Shown: positions 24,426 through 39,618, counted from the first letter of the stretch. The stretch is 64,000 nt of DNA from Octopus sinensis (GCF_006345805.1 NC_042999.1:89032001-89096000); one strand, 5' to 3'. The notes: a model not told the origin generated them from the sequence alone. Program-made: numbers and translations.

Positions 24426-25311
24426 GGTGTGTGTGTGTGTTTGGTGTAAATAGTTCGTTCATCATTTTACAGATTAAATATTGTTTAGTTAGTTGTTGAA
24501 AGACTTTTGTAATGAAATAGACTCAGAAGCACTATATTGCACTTGTCTACAAGAATCTTATAACATGACTATGTAACGTAGAATCGAAGTATATTCGATG
24601 CGGTATAAACACGCACAGAGATTCCGCACAAATATACACTCTAATTCATGCATGCATCACATCTCTGTTTTATACTGTTACAAACACAAAATGCTATTCC
24701 GCTTTCCTCCCTCTTTCTCTCTCTCTCTCTCTCTCTCTCACTAGCGTGCGCACACACACACGCATACACACACGCAAACATTCACGCACACACGCACACA
24801 CACATCCTCACATACACACTACAAAAATCGATGCGAAACGTTCGCGTTCAATGGGTGAGAACTTAAGGATTCTATATAATCTACAAAATTCTGCTTGGTT
24901 AGCAAAACATTTCCATTGTGTCGTCCTTGATTTCCTGTAATTAAATCAAAATGTTTATTTGAAGTCTAAATTGAACAGGAGAATTAGAAAATAATTTGAA
25001 ATGTTCTTTAATTTCCCATTTTTTCTTGCATGGATAAAAAAATTAACACTAAATAACAAATATAAAGTCTTTGTCAATTATTTGGAAATAGCCTTGATTT
25101 TATTTATTTATTTATTTATTTATTAAGGTTATTATTATCTAAGAATGAAATAACCGACTTCCATATTTGCTGGTCTAAATACCGCCACACGCCATATTGA
25201 ACTATAATATATAAATAATATTATGTATTCTTTTTTTTTTTTTGCTTTACGTTTATATTTATACGTTTATTTATGTATTGCTATTTACAATATTTTGATT
25301 TTTCTTTTCAC

Positions 25312-25355
25312 CTGAAAGGTACTTGGTTGTTGGTGTCCAGGTTGATTGTCGCCAT
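25312..25355 (-). CDS. candidate first coding exon (MATINLDTNNQVPF-)
   Basis: GCCATGG Kozak context and a TTCAG|GTGAAA donor at 25311. Very short, with no homology recognised. Confidence 0.22.
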
Positions 25356-26704
25356 GGCAAATCAAGCAGTCGTTCTATGTCGCCTCACTGGCGTACGCAA
25401 TCAGTCGAAGGACCACTACCATCGTGTAGCTAATTTCCAGTTCACTTGTTGAATATTCAGTCGCATTTGATTTGATCAACGTTATTCTCTTCCTATTCCA
25501 AATTTTCACCCTTGCTTTCCTATTTCAAAGATCTGTGTGTGCGCATATGCATGAACTGATGATTGTACGTAACAGTGCATATATTCGTGTGTGTGTGTGC
25601 GCGTGCGCATATTTATGTGTGTGCGTATGCAGAAAAGGCGTCGCACATCTGAATATTGAAACCTAGTGACTAACGTCAACTCAACGCAAAGGTAATTTGC
25701 TCGCTGTAGTAACCTGCTCAATTATTACCTCACATAAATGTTTTAAAAGGTAAAAGTTATACTGCGATATTTAGAGTTATTCTAATATGAGTAACAGGTG
25801 AAGACATGCTGGTCAGAAGAACGGGTCAAAATGTAAAGATAAAAGCAGGATAATTTAGGAAATTGTTTTTCATAAGGCTTCCAACTGTTTTGAATTCATA
25901 GCTGATTGTGTACAGTTCAATCGTTTTATGTAAGACATAATATTACAATTTTTGTCACCACGGTTTAGAAAAATGAAATACGATTAGCATAATGACGTGC
26001 GTTTTGTTGATTTCTTTAAATTTGTTTTCCAACTAGTCAATTAGTTTGGGCTTTTTTTATAAATGTGAGTAAAGGGTTAAGTTGACACCAGGTCCTTGAC
26101 TTGAATTTTTGTGGATTAACTTAATTAGCAAATAGAAATGCAATTAATAAATGGAAGCACAATAATAATAAAAGTTAAATAGTTCAGATGAATAGAAACA
26201 GGGAAGTATTCGAAAAATGTGACATTATTTAAAGTTATTAGTGGTTTATGTAAAATATAACGAGGAATCAAAACAGAATTTAGAACTACACCATATCACG
26301 CTCTCAGTAGAACTACATGGAATATAAAAATGTAGAATGCTAAAGTTGAAATTACGTTACTAAAGATTTTAGAATTTAAATACAAATTAAGGAAGTATGG
26401 AAATTACACAATATACAGTAAAATACACAACATTGCTAAATACATTCTATATCATCAATAAAATAATGTAGCAAGATGAATTTTAAAAGCATTTTCATGC
26501 TCTTTGATCAGAAAGTCTGTTATGTTACCAAAATATTCGTATCCTTCTTGAAATCTTTTAGTATATCTGTATTAGAATTATGAATTAACATTTTCGGCAT
26601 CTCTAATTCACATGCTTTTTCAGTAATATTTCTGAAATATCTGAGGAGACTAGAAAAACTCAGAATAATGCAAGTTTGTTCAATCGTTTTCCCAGACACT
26701 TTAG

Positions 26705-26805
26705 TAGCGGAAGAGAAGTAAAGTAATCTATGGAGCGGATTGGTCGAGCAAGTAAGAGACTTCGCAGTTCAGATTTGACTTTTGCGCTTGTTCAGCCAAT
26801 GAACA
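26705..26805. promoter_or_regulatory. promoter-like patch with oppositely oriented CCAAT boxes and a CGGAAG motif
   Basis: ATTGG at 26739, AGCCAATG at 26794-26801 and GCGGAAG at 26707, in a locally CpG-richer patch. Confidence 0.3.
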
Positions 26806-26930
26806 ATGTTAACTGACATCCAATATTTTTTTCATATCAGCATGATTGACCGATTACGTTTTTTTCTGATATTGAAAACTACAAAAATGGTTAAAGGTAC
26901 CTTTTTACTATTTAACACTATACCTTCCTT

Positions 26931-28069
26931 GAGTGAAGGACAAAACCCCACTAGGACAAAGTCCCTTCGGACAGAACCTTTCGGATAAAACTCTCTCCAT
27001 TATATTTTTCGATTATTTTTCGTACCCCCATCCCCTTTTACTTGTTTCAGTCATTAGACTGTGGCCATGCTAGGGTATCGTCTTGGAGAATTTTTAGTCG
27101 AACGTATCGGTTACAGAACATTTTTTCCCTTCTTACTTGTAAATTTTAGACTGCGGTCATGCTGTGGCTCTGCCTTCAAGATTTTTTAGACGACTATATG
27201 AAACCCAGAGTTTCTTTTTTAAGCCTGGCCAAAACCACTTCTGTGATGTATTTCGTTTTCTTCCCCTCTGTACTTGTTAAATCATTAGGCTGCGGTTATG
27301 CTGGGACACCGCCTTGAGGAATTTTTAATCGAATGTAACAACTCCAGAATTTTTTTTAGGTGATTTTCAACCAGCGTATGAAGTTAAGCTTAGACGATCT
27401 CTCAGCATGCTAGAAATAACAGCCAATTTTCTTGAATTTCTTTTTTTAATGATTTCACGAAAACAAAAACGGAAATCACGGTTGTAATAAAAAAAGTTTA
27501 TTTTCCAAAATTCCAATTTTAAGTAAACAAGAATACATTCAATCGAAAATGAATAAGTAGAATAGAATAACAGAACACAAGACTCTTTACTACTCAATGT
27601 ACATATTGTCTGAATTCTAACAATAGGAAAAGCATTTACTTCAAGAAATGTGTAGAAAGATAGAAACGATAAGAAGTACGCTTAAACGACTAGCCTTCGG
27701 TGCCATAATTCTGTTAGACATTCAACGGCCGGAGAAAATTCAAACGGTCACCTCATTCTCCTTAAGTGCAGTGAGAAAAAAAAAAGAAGAAGAAATTTGA
27801 ATTTTAAAGTACTAATTTTGCTGCAGCTAAAAAATTTTCAAGGCGGTGCCCCAGTATGGCAGTAGTCTAATGACTGAAACAAGTAAGAAAATGAAAAATT
27901 CTGGGGTCGGTACAGCTGACTAAAAATTCCTCAAGGCGGTGCCACAGCATGGTTACAGTCTAATTACAGAAACAAGTAAAAAAGATGAAAAATAACCAAA
28001 AAGTATAACCAAGGGGGTTTTATCTTGGGGCAGGGTTGTCCTAGGGGGGGTTTGGTCCAGATCCCACTC
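26931..28069. mobile_element. old foldback/non-autonomous DNA element with SINE-tail repeats in its arms
   Basis: Left end GAGTG..GGACAAAACCCCACTAGGACAA and right-end reverse complement GAGTG..GGACCAAACCCCCCCTAGGACAA. Three minus-oriented and two plus-oriented SINE-tail units lie inside. No TSD found. Confidence 0.55.
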
Positions 28070-29520
28070 TCGTTCATGCATAAAACATCAGGAGATGAAT
28101 ATAGATAAGTTTTAATTAGCCAGCAATATTGAAGAAAGATTATATAAGAATATCACGTTTTCCATCGACTCGGTGAAGACTCAATTAAAGAACTATGATA
28201 GCAAAACCACAATATATTGGGAAAATACAGAAAATACAGAGTCCAATAAAAATTAAGTAAAAAATTTTTAAATACCATAAATAAATATTAATGAAAATAA
28301 TCAAACGAAATGCCACAGCTTTTAGATGTGGACAATCGCAATTTTATGCTGAATAGAGAAAATTCTCTAACGTTAGGCAAGTCTTCAGTTTCAGGCTTTA
28401 GTAATATTTGACTAGATTATAATGTCTCAGATAAGGAAAATACCGTAAAAAAAAAGCAGATAGTAAGAATACATATGAATAGACAAACCTAATCAAGCAT
28501 CTAACAAAAGAATTAATAAAAGGCAATATTAAAGATTTCCACAGTCATTTGCAACTGTATATGCTCATGTAAAAGCCCAATTCTTTAGGTTAGTAAGTGC
28601 TCAAATGATTTGTAAAAGAATAAAAAAATACAATTAATTACGACAATGATACTGATGTTAAGTATCAAACATACTTCCTTCTAAATAACAACACTCGTAA
28701 ATAAAGCCACATAGTTGTTATAAATGTTTAATCGTGGTCTTTTACTCGTATCTATCACACTCAGCATGCTAGCTTAGTGAAACCAATTAACATTCGATAA
28801 TTATGGTATATCATCACTAACATTTAGGTACAGGTGTAAGCCTTTCACTCACAAATATTGAGCTGTTTATCCGTTAAGGACAAGTAACTACTTTTACACA
28901 ACATATATAGAAAATTTCAGATTGTGAGCCACAAATAAGATGTTAACTATACATAAGGCCATTTTGTATACGAGTGCAGACCGTAGCTTAATTCGTCAGA
29001 ATGAACAAGCATGAAATAAAAGAGAATATCGGTTCTAGAGACACAGAAGTTTAGTGACCACATCAAAGTCTATCAATTAACTATAATTTCATAACATATA
29101 TAAATATACATTACTTTATTCTAAAAATACCAATTAATGCTCGAGCACTCGACAAAAACAAATTAATATACTACTCTACAGCTAATATTAGGACAGAATA
29201 ACATTAAATACAATGAAAACCTTGGACTAAAATAGAATTTTCCTGTTTGAATCATCAACATCTAAGGAGAGAGTAACCCACTATGAGTAAAATACCGCCA
29301 GAGAATAGTATGAAGATATGGGATTGAGAAAGAGGGGAAAGACATGAAATGTCAGGAAAATAGTTATAGTAGAAAGGAAAGATATTTAAACAGAGAACAA
29401 ATTCAATGTAGTTTTTACGCCTTTTACCATAAGAAAGAATTTTCTTCTCTACGGTAACTGCAAGAAATTTGCATTAAGAAGTTGAAACATTTTAAGTAAC
29501 TTCAAGTTCATATATATATA

Positions 29521-29623
29521 TATACTATTATTTGATTGAACGCACGCATCCATTTCCAAGCATATATATATATATATATATATGCTTGGAAATGGATGCG
29601 TGCGTTCAATCAAATAATAGTAT
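29521..29623. repeat. perfect 103-bp palindrome centred on (TA)n
   Basis: Arms 29521-29563 and 29582-29623 are exact reverse complements. Confidence 0.95.
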
Positions 29624-30180
29624 AAATAATATATATATGTACACACACACACACGCACACACACACACACATATATATAGTTCCGACCCTCGATTCAATA
29701 ACACCGTGTACAAACTCTATACTTAGAATGACCAATTTTAAATACTATTGGAACTCACTCACAAGGTACTGGAATCTTATATGTATACCATTCTGCCTAA
29801 ATAATGGATCTACAGATGCAATATCCCTGCATATCTCACGTCTGTTTTCATTCCTACACTTCACTCTGTATTTCATATCTTATCTAGAATAACTATTGCT
29901 TAGCCATTTTCTCACACCGTTTCCGATGACAGGATATATAAAATATCCTGTCTATGCGTATATGTGTGTGTATGTGTTTATTTGTGTTTATGTAATCACT
30001 GTTAATGTTTATCTATGTGTATCAAATATGTACCAAAAGCATACGTAGCGTTCCAGTGACATGTCTATGAAATAATTGCCAAACTAAAATTAGTACTCAG
30101 ATCGATAGGATCGATTAAAAACCTTTCGGGACAGTGCAACCAGTATCATGACTTCAGTCAGATGATTGTAACAAGTAAAA

Positions 30181-30860
<680 letters not shown>

Positions 30861-31759
30861 ATAGATACGTGGGATGAATGCATGTATGTGTGCGCTTGTG
30901 TATGTGGTAGTTAGAGTAGAAGATGTGAGCGGCCATCAATCCATAAACACTTTTTCGAAAGCATGACTGTTCGTGTTTGTAACGCCAAGAAAACAAACAA
31001 GAATCAGAAATCAGTGTTGAAATGCCATTTTCCAATTGTATTACCAATGTTTGCAGCACAGTACCTCAACACACATATCTATTTGTTCTTTATTAACAAT
31101 TTCAATTACAATGAAACATGCCAGAGTTGTATTAATCGGCGCCAGGATACTTGAGTAGACTGTGCTATAGTATTTTCGTACTAAACGAGTCAACTGCTAA
31201 AGGTCAATGAGTGGATGTCAAATTACAAATGTTTGTGTATTTATGTATAACTAAATAATCTTATCTCTGCGTCTTAGCTGCCAATATGTGTACACTATAT
31301 TCTGCTGATCATGATATCTTTTACTTTTCTAGTTTTTTTGTGCTTTTGTTGTTGTTTCTTTTGGACTATGTGATCAGTTCATAAAATGTGAATAAGCACT
31401 CCAGTTGACACCAAGTCATTGTGTCGTGCTTCTTTTTCCTTTCTTTTTTCTTTCTTAGATTAACTCAACATGCAGCCCTTAAAGAGCCTGCTACTATTAT
31501 TCTCTTTTGTATTCTGTATTCATTGAATCCATTGGCAATGATTCCGCAATCATAAACCGTTACCTAAAAAAAAAAAGTCAGAAGTTTTGAATAAAATGCT
31601 TTTGGTCAATTCATCTTGACCTTAGAGTGTTTTGAATACGCATCTTTTGTTTTCTTCTAATTTTTACTTCTGGGTTTAGATAAAGAGGATGGATCTCTGA
31701 CTCTTGATATCGTTAATATTCCGTATAAACTGGTCAAAATAAAATGAACGAGAAGATTC

Positions 31760-32110
31760 TAGAGGGATGATATTTTGGATAAAAAATTGGAGATAGTAAT
31801 TAGTGGGGAGGAGGGTTTGAATATACCAAAGATATCAAGAGGTGGAGAGACAGGTGAGGTGGGGACACCTGAGTAGTAGATGCATGAGCTGAACCAGCTC
31901 TGAGGAGCAGAAAATGTTATAGGAACGATAGAAAAGAGAGAAAGGGTAGACAGTACGCCTGTGACCAGAGGCTGTAGTGTGACTATTTGTGGGGTGCCAA
32001 AAAGCCGAGAGGCCCTTCTCTGGATGCGATCCAGATTGTCAATGTGCATAGCGGCAACACCGTCCCAGAAATGTAAGTTATACTCCATTATAAGATTCAC
32101 ATTTGTAGAA
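31760..32110 (-). mobile_element. CR1/L2-like LINE RT 3' fragment
   Basis: MEYNLHFWDG...LDRIQRRASRL...LQPL...LSLF. Confidence 0.78.
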
Positions 32111-32539
32111 TGTCAGCAGTTGCTGAAATCGTTTCAGATTTGAAAGATAGCAGCTGACTCCCCTGATAGATTTTGTTCTAGGAAGGAAAATACTATTGAG
32201 CAGATTTGTAATGCTACTATTCTTTCATAAAAATATTTGGAATACAAAAATACATTAGCGAATACTAGATGCTAAGGGGACGTTATATAAACATGCACAA
32301 TATAGTTTTAGTTGGAAATTTACAAATGGTGCCGATCAAAGATATATCCGTTCACTGAGACTTTTCACTGTGATTTTAGAATATAAACATAGTACTGATG
32401 ACCCTTCAGTCTGTTGAAGGAAATGTTAAAGCGGGTGGTAGAGAAGTCAGTAATTTCCATTTTGTCGATGATCTTGATTTAATTGCACATGTTTTGATAC
32501 ATTTTCAGGAAGATTTGGAAAATAAGTGCTGAAATGGCT

Positions 32540-33060
32540 AAGTACTTGGGTGACTCTGCATAAGGTTGGTGAACTTAAATACTTGAGAAGAAAAATAACG
32601 GAAGCCGTGAGATCAAAGAAAGAGTTCAAATACGGAAGTGAAACAATTAAAGTGGGCTTTGACAAAATCAGATCTATTTGGAAAAATAAATTTAAAGATT
32701 ACAATAACAATTAAAATAATTATCATATTAAGAACGAATACTATTTTAGCGGCAGTCTGTAGGTGTGGCTCATGGGCATTTAGTGCTAAAAGTCAGCAAA
32801 ATAGTCATAGACTTTGCAATGCGCTGTTACGGAAAGAGTATTCGTATTCCATATGCAGATCTTAGAACTAACAGTTTGTAAACCGTGACACTCTTCAGTC
32901 AGTTATCAAGTGAAAGAAAATGTAGTAGTTTTGTTATAAAAAACATTGTTATTTCCAACCTGAAACAAATATGGCCATGCATTGAAAAGTATTGTGGGAA
33001 AAGAGTAATGGTGTTTAAGCAACATGAAGAGCAGACTGCGACGAAAACGGCGGAAAACTT
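32540..33060 (+). mobile_element. RTE-like LINE 3' fragment, highly decayed
   Basis: LKYLRRKITEAVRSKKEF...FDKIRSIWKNK...CGSWAF...FAMRCYGKSIRIPY across frameshifts. Confidence 0.72.
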
Positions 33061-33625
33061 AAAATCAGTTGGTACACTAACAGAAAAGCATGAATCTTTT
33101 GTCACTGGGTGACAGGTGTGATTGTTTGATCTTGAAGACGAGACGATGTTCAAGTTTAATCATTTTTCGTAATGACTTCTGTTATTTTTGTTTTAATGTT
33201 TAGTTTGGAGAAAAGCGTTCTTCTGAACATCAACGTTAGTAGATCTTCCCAGTATTTTCTTCTGATTGAAGGGTTTATTTGTGGCGTTTAATTTTATTGC
33301 TGCGTTTTTATAGCGACCAACAAAGATCATTATGGCTGTTACTGATAATATCATTATCGTCGCAATATTCTCACGAACATACATCCATTCATACATACAA
33401 GCATACATACATACATGCATACATACATACATACATACATACATGCTTGCATGCATGAGAGTTGTCGACTCGTTAAACGAGTATGACTATGGTTGACTAA
33501 AGTGTGTCACAGCATTACATGTGAGAACGACAATGGCTCCTGAATCCTGCCTGCGACTTACAGATAGCGTGTGTATGTGTACACGTATATGTATATAAAT
33601 ACATGCACATGAAATATACACAGGA

Positions 33626-33689
<64 letters not shown>

Positions 33690-34814
33690 TTTGCGTGTGC
33701 ATGCGAAGATAAGTATTTCAGGACGTAACCTGCCTTTACATGAATCTCATGAAGTCACTTTACTATTGTTAGTTCAAGATAAGTGGGAAGTCTTAAGCTT
33801 TGAGTCACTCAAGTGATTGATGGTCGTGATATTCCTTGTAGTTCTGTAGATGAAGTGCGATCAAAGAAGAATGAATTCGACTGAACCGAACCTATGACTA
33901 TTTTGTATTTCTAGTCACTTCACGTTATGTAATTAAAGCCCTCGTGATAGCACGTCACAAAGCTCCTTTTATTTATTTATTTATTTATTTATTTGTCATT
34001 TCGTCCTTGACCTTATGTAATAAGTCATTATCCGCGAATGTGAAAGATTAAGGAAAGGCTTATTACGTAAACTATAAGTATAGGAAGAAAACAAACTTCC
34101 TACCACAATCATGTCACAATTTGAATCAGAACTGAAAAACTCAACAAGAAAATAAAATTCCGTATATAATTATTATATGCTATGTAACAAAGAAATCAAT
34201 TCCACCAACAAAATTAATTGAATTTATAGCATATCCATTAATGAAGCTCGTGACTAACATGCGCCAAGCAACATGGAAGAAATAAATCAAATTTGTTTTT
34301 GAAAATAAACGATCATGTTGTTATGAATGTTATTCTGCTTACTTACGGCTGATATGTTAATGTATATCTTTTATATATGTTGCATATTTTGTCAGGTCGA
34401 CCTTCGCGGTCTAATTGTTTAATGGAGCTTATACAACCGTATTTATATGTATAAAACAAAATTAGTGATAAACGTTGATCGGACTATCCAATTTCTATTA
34501 TTTACTGAATTAAATGCCATGCGAATTGTAATAGATCTGTTCTTAAATTCTTTATTTCCACCAGCCCTGGATTATCTAATTTTAAAATTAGCGACATTGC
34601 ATTTCCTCAATTATATATTGAAGTGACCTATAAAATATTTTATTTTCATATTTACTGACATTATTAAGCACACTATCTTGGTCATTGTCAAAGAATATAG
34701 ACTTGACAATAGAAAGATATTTTTTTTCAACATTATGTTCTCCAGCATCTCCAGAAATACTCCAAAGATAATTCTCTGATAGCGAATCTTCTGCGCACAT
34801 CTTCCCAACAGTGT

Positions 34815-35560
34815 TTCTCAAACAGCAGATTTTTATCACAATGACTGTATAACAACAGATTTTATCACACAAGATTTTATTACAAGGACTGTATAACGGC
34901 AGGTTTTATCACAATGACTATTTAACGGCAGATTTCATCACAATAACTAGAAACAGATTTGATCACAGTCACTGTATAACGTCAGATTTTCTTACAATGA
35001 CTCTCTAGCAACAGATTTTATCACGATGGCATTCTAAATACTGGTTTTATCATATCGATTGTATAACAACAGATTTTTCCACAATGACTATCGAACGCCA
35101 AATTTTCGTACGATGGTGGTTTAACAACAGATTTGGTACAAAAGCTGTTTAACAAGAGATTTTCTCCAATAACTGACCAAGAATAAGATTTTTACCTTGG
35201 CAGTCTAACAACAAATCTTTTTACCATGACCATTTAACAGTAAGATTCATAAATAACTGTCTAACAATTTATGTTACATAATTACATCCAATTTCCTGCA
35301 ACCCTCTAACAAGTAATTCATCTAACAACAATGACTCTTAAACAGTTTATTTCCCACAATGACTCCCTTACAAAAGGTTTGCTGTATTGACTCTCAAAAA
35401 GACATAATTCTTATAACGTTTCACTAACAATAGATTTCCAACAACATGTTTTCTACAACTTTATAACAACAAATTTCCAACACATTTTTCCTAACTGAAA
35501 GTTTGTTATAAAATATTACTACCAGTAACTGGCAAATAACAGGTTCTTCAACCAGAAATC
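34815..35560. repeat. degenerate 29-bp minisatellite (approximate consensus AACAGATTTTATCACAATGACTGTATAAC)
   Basis: CAGATTT-like anchors at 34983, 35012, 35041, 35070, 35099, 35128, 35157 and 35186, each 29 bp apart. Confidence 0.9.
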
Positions 35561-36394
35561 TCTAAAAAGAGCATATTAATATAAATTCTTCAGAAGTGTA
35601 TTTCCCGTGGTATACTAGTGTCTACAGTCATCATTATACACCCAGTACAATTGAATCCAACATCTGCATATTTATTTTATCGTTTTTACAATAACCGTTC
35701 TATCAAGTACGTTATAATATCCTACTCTTTGATTGTTTCTAGTGAATTTAACCGCGTACCGTAGATGATTGGTAACTATTGCATCAGTATCAGTCAGGAA
35801 AATTGAACTAACAGAAAGTATGTGAAAGGGATCGGAATTAACCCTAATCAAGAAGAAATCTTTTAATCGTTTCCTTGACCCTATAATACACCTCAGTATT
35901 TGCGTGTAGCCTTGTGGTTATGTTAACCATCGTCATCTATTCATTATACTAGGAACTGGGCTACAGGTTACTATACCTCCTTTTATATCCACAGACATAC
36001 GAGGATAAGTACAAGTAAATTCTCATAGTTTCAGATACGCCATCTGATAAAAACTTAACTTCCTTTTACTTTAAAACTCTGAAACTGTGAAGAAACTATG
36101 GAACCTTTAGGTGGTCAGTCAACTTTCAAGAAATAGCAGTCATATACCATTTTAAAATACATACGATCAAATGAATAAAAGGAGGTATGCGTTTAATATT
36201 GGAAATCTAGATACGCAGTAATTCAGATAATAATGAAATATTTATTCATTGCTGGAATACTTTTAATCATAAGTCTTATCAGTCAAGTCTGACATAAGAC
36301 TCAACACCGTCATCAGTCTCAAGTTACACAGTAGTGTGACAAAAAATATGTATTACAGTAGCTATTTTAATATTATACAATAAGGGAAGGTGGC

Positions 36395-37035
36395 GGGGGG
36401 TAGAACGGACACCCAGCAAAATTCTCGGCGGCATTGCTTCCGTCTTTACGTTCTGAGTTCAAATTCCACCGAGATTGACTTTGCCTTTCATCCTTTCGGA
36501 GTCGATAAATTAAGTACCAGTTGCATACTGGGGTCGATTTAATCGACTGGTCCCATCCCACCAAATTTCGGGCTTTGTGCCTAGAGTAGAAAAGAATATA
36601 CAATAAGGGAAAGTGGTGAGGTGGTAGAACGCACACCTAGCAAAATACTCGTTGGCATTACTTCCGTCTTTACGTTCTGAGTTCAACCTCTGCCGAAATC
36701 GACTTTGGCATTTATCCTTTCGGAGTCGATAAAATAAGCATTAGCTGAGCACTGAGGTCGACGTAATAGACTTACTCCCTTCCATTAAAATACTGACCAA
36801 AATTTGAAATCGATAGGCAATAAAAATAAGGCAGAAGCTGGCAGACTCGTTACCGCGCCGAAAGAAATCCATTTGCGCCATTTCTTCCAACTTTATGTTT
36901 TGAATTCAATGTCATTGAGTTTGACTTTGCCTTTCATCCTTTCGGGGTTGATGTAATAAATATCATTTGAGCATTAGGGTCGATGTAATCGACTTACTCA
37001 CTTTCCTGAAATTGCAGGCTTTGTACCAAAATTTT
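36395..37035 (+). mobile_element. three consecutive family A SINEs
   Basis: GAGTTCAA/GCCTTTCATCCTTTCGG/GTCGA cores appear three times, with divergence increasing to the right. Confidence 0.85.
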
Positions 37036-38630
37036 AAACCAATGGTTATAATTCTGTGTGGCCATAACGGAAAACACCAATGTGAAATATGGACAAAATG
37101 TACAATCGTCTTTTTGTAAATATAGAAGAGTCAAAACTATAAATCACATGCTGGTTTGCCCTTAGTTGAACTCTCTATGTTGCTTGGATAATTTGAGAAA
37201 TATTTCGAAGATGGTGTAACAATCTGAAACACTTTATAAAGACGCTAAATAATAATTGTTTGTACTTATGTACCTGTGTTTCAGTTATCGAATATTCATC
37301 ATGCATTTTAGTTCTTGTTAATAGTTCTTGTTATAATAGTTAAATGTTCTTTAGATTTCTGTCTGTCGTCTTATCGTAAAGGAAGAATTCATCGGATAAT
37401 GTAGTTCTAGATGTTATATCTGAGAAAAACGACGAGATGGTCAAGATTACGAAAGCCTTTGATCACAGATAAATTTGATTAGCGATGCCCTGGAACTAAA
37501 ACAACAGTAACAACAACTACAGAAGCAGCAGTGGCAACAGAATTAGCTTCAATACATTTTCAATTCAGTTTTCACACAAGATTAAGACTATCGCTTCCTT
37601 ACTGCTTCATATTAAAAAATCTTCTGTAATATGTATATTTGTCTCACAACTATGCGACTTGAAGCTGATATCTATGTTGCTTAATCTTGTGTCAGGCTTC
37701 ACTGAGCAGGTTTATGATTAAAAGCATTTCGGCAGCGACTCTACCATCATATTGCATCCAGTTCTTTTCTGAATTTTTACGTATCTTGACTCTTCAATAT
37801 CCAACGTATCCTTTTTTTTTTGTTCATACCGTCCATGTGTTTTAAATTATAAATGGCATTTATTCCTTGTAATTTAAGTGACCACATAAATGCTCCCTCG
37901 TTAGTTCACAGTTTAAAAGTTATAGGGGAAAGAGAAATAGGGTTTCTCGGATGAAATATCTGAAATCATCAGCCAAAATTAAAGTTACAAATTTCATCCA
38001 TTAAGAAACTATTTGTACTCTCTTTGTATAAAAAAAGAGGCAGGGTACTTTATATATCAATTACTAGTGCGATGCATAAATAATGATTGCTAATATAGAC
38101 ACAAGAAAATTAACAAATTCCGAGTAGAGGATTTATAGGGTCAATTATTGCAAGCACTTGACAGGGACTTACACTCCCTAAGCAAAACAAAAAAAGTTCA
38201 AGCTGACTGCAATGTGATTTGAACTGAGACCACGAGATATCTTGTCTACGTCTTCAGACCTAAACATGTGTGCCACTCACTTCATCAACATGTGTAAGCG
38301 CACTTAAACTCAGATAGTAGATATAAGCACCATGCACCAATGCTCCACAACCATAAAGAAAAACTTGCCACGAGAATGTATATAATTATCAACTATTTTT
38401 CAGTATTTTTCATATATACACGCATGAAAGTCGCTCTGCTCATCTTTCTGACAATTTGTTTTTATCCATTTCCAATCCATTGTACAAATATCCAATTACT
38501 CATCAATCCACCAACAAACAACTATACGTTACCAGCATCAGCAATACAACATCCAAAATACAGCATCTAATAACAACACCCAAAATTTAAATCCCATAAT
38601 TACAATTATCATTGTCCAAAAAATTCTATT

Positions 38631-38684
<54 letters not shown>

Positions 38685-38872
38685 AAGCCATTTTTATTCC
38701 AAGAATATTTATGTTTAACAACTGAAGGAATTTAATAAAAGCATCTAAATATGAAATATCATGAAAATTGTTCTGGAGTCCTTCTTAATCGACACTTTTT
38801 CCGTTCGAGTCAATACAGAATTGCAGATAGTATTTACGGAATTTTGATTTACTGTCGGATGACTTTTGACCA

Positions 38873-38947
<75 letters not shown>

Positions 38948-39299
38948 TATGTATAGCACGTGATATAGGAGTTTCAGCGCCCAAAACAGACGAGTCTCGT
39001 CTTCTACGATCTATGTATGCTTTTATGCATCAAGTGCCTATATGAGAGTTCTCGAGAGGCTAATAACGCAGTATTCAGTTTTCTAACAAGACATCCACGT
39101 TGAGTTGGCTATAAAGATTGCCTTTTGACACAAATATTGCTTTCTTCGCTAATAATTAATCTTTAATAATCCTGGAGGATATTCGTGACGTCAGTGTCTG
39201 AAAAGCTACTGATATGCTATATATCGTTGCAACGAGATTTGTCGGGTATGCGGTAACCTGACGCTACCCACTGATGATATCCACTAAACTGAAATTTAC

Positions 39300-39618
39300 T
39301 TGAACGAATAGACTCTAGTACTTAGATTTTCCTTTTAAGCCTGATACTTATTGCCGACCTACAAAGCTACGGGGACGTAAACACACCAATACTGGTTACC
39401 AAGCGATGATTGGGAACAAACACAGACATAACGGCACACACACGTATATATATACATACGACGAGCTTCTTTCAGTTTCCATCTACCAAATCCACTTAAA
39501 AGACACTGGTCAACCTGAGGCTGTAACAGAAGAGACTTGCCCATGATTCCAAGCAGTGCGACGGAACCCGGAACCTTGTGGACTCAAAAGCAAGCTGTTT
39601 ACAACACAACTACGCCTG
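39300..39618 (-). mobile_element. tRNA-derived SINE, family B
   Basis: Minus strand GTTCCGGGTTCCGTC...GGCAAGTC...GGATTTGGTAGATGGAAACTGAAAGAAGC...GTTTACGTCCCCGTA. Confidence 0.82.

Noticed and set aside
34815-35560. CRISPR-like interpretation of the regular 29-bp array
   Set aside because: No unique spacers, degenerate units, eukaryotic context and no cas genes.
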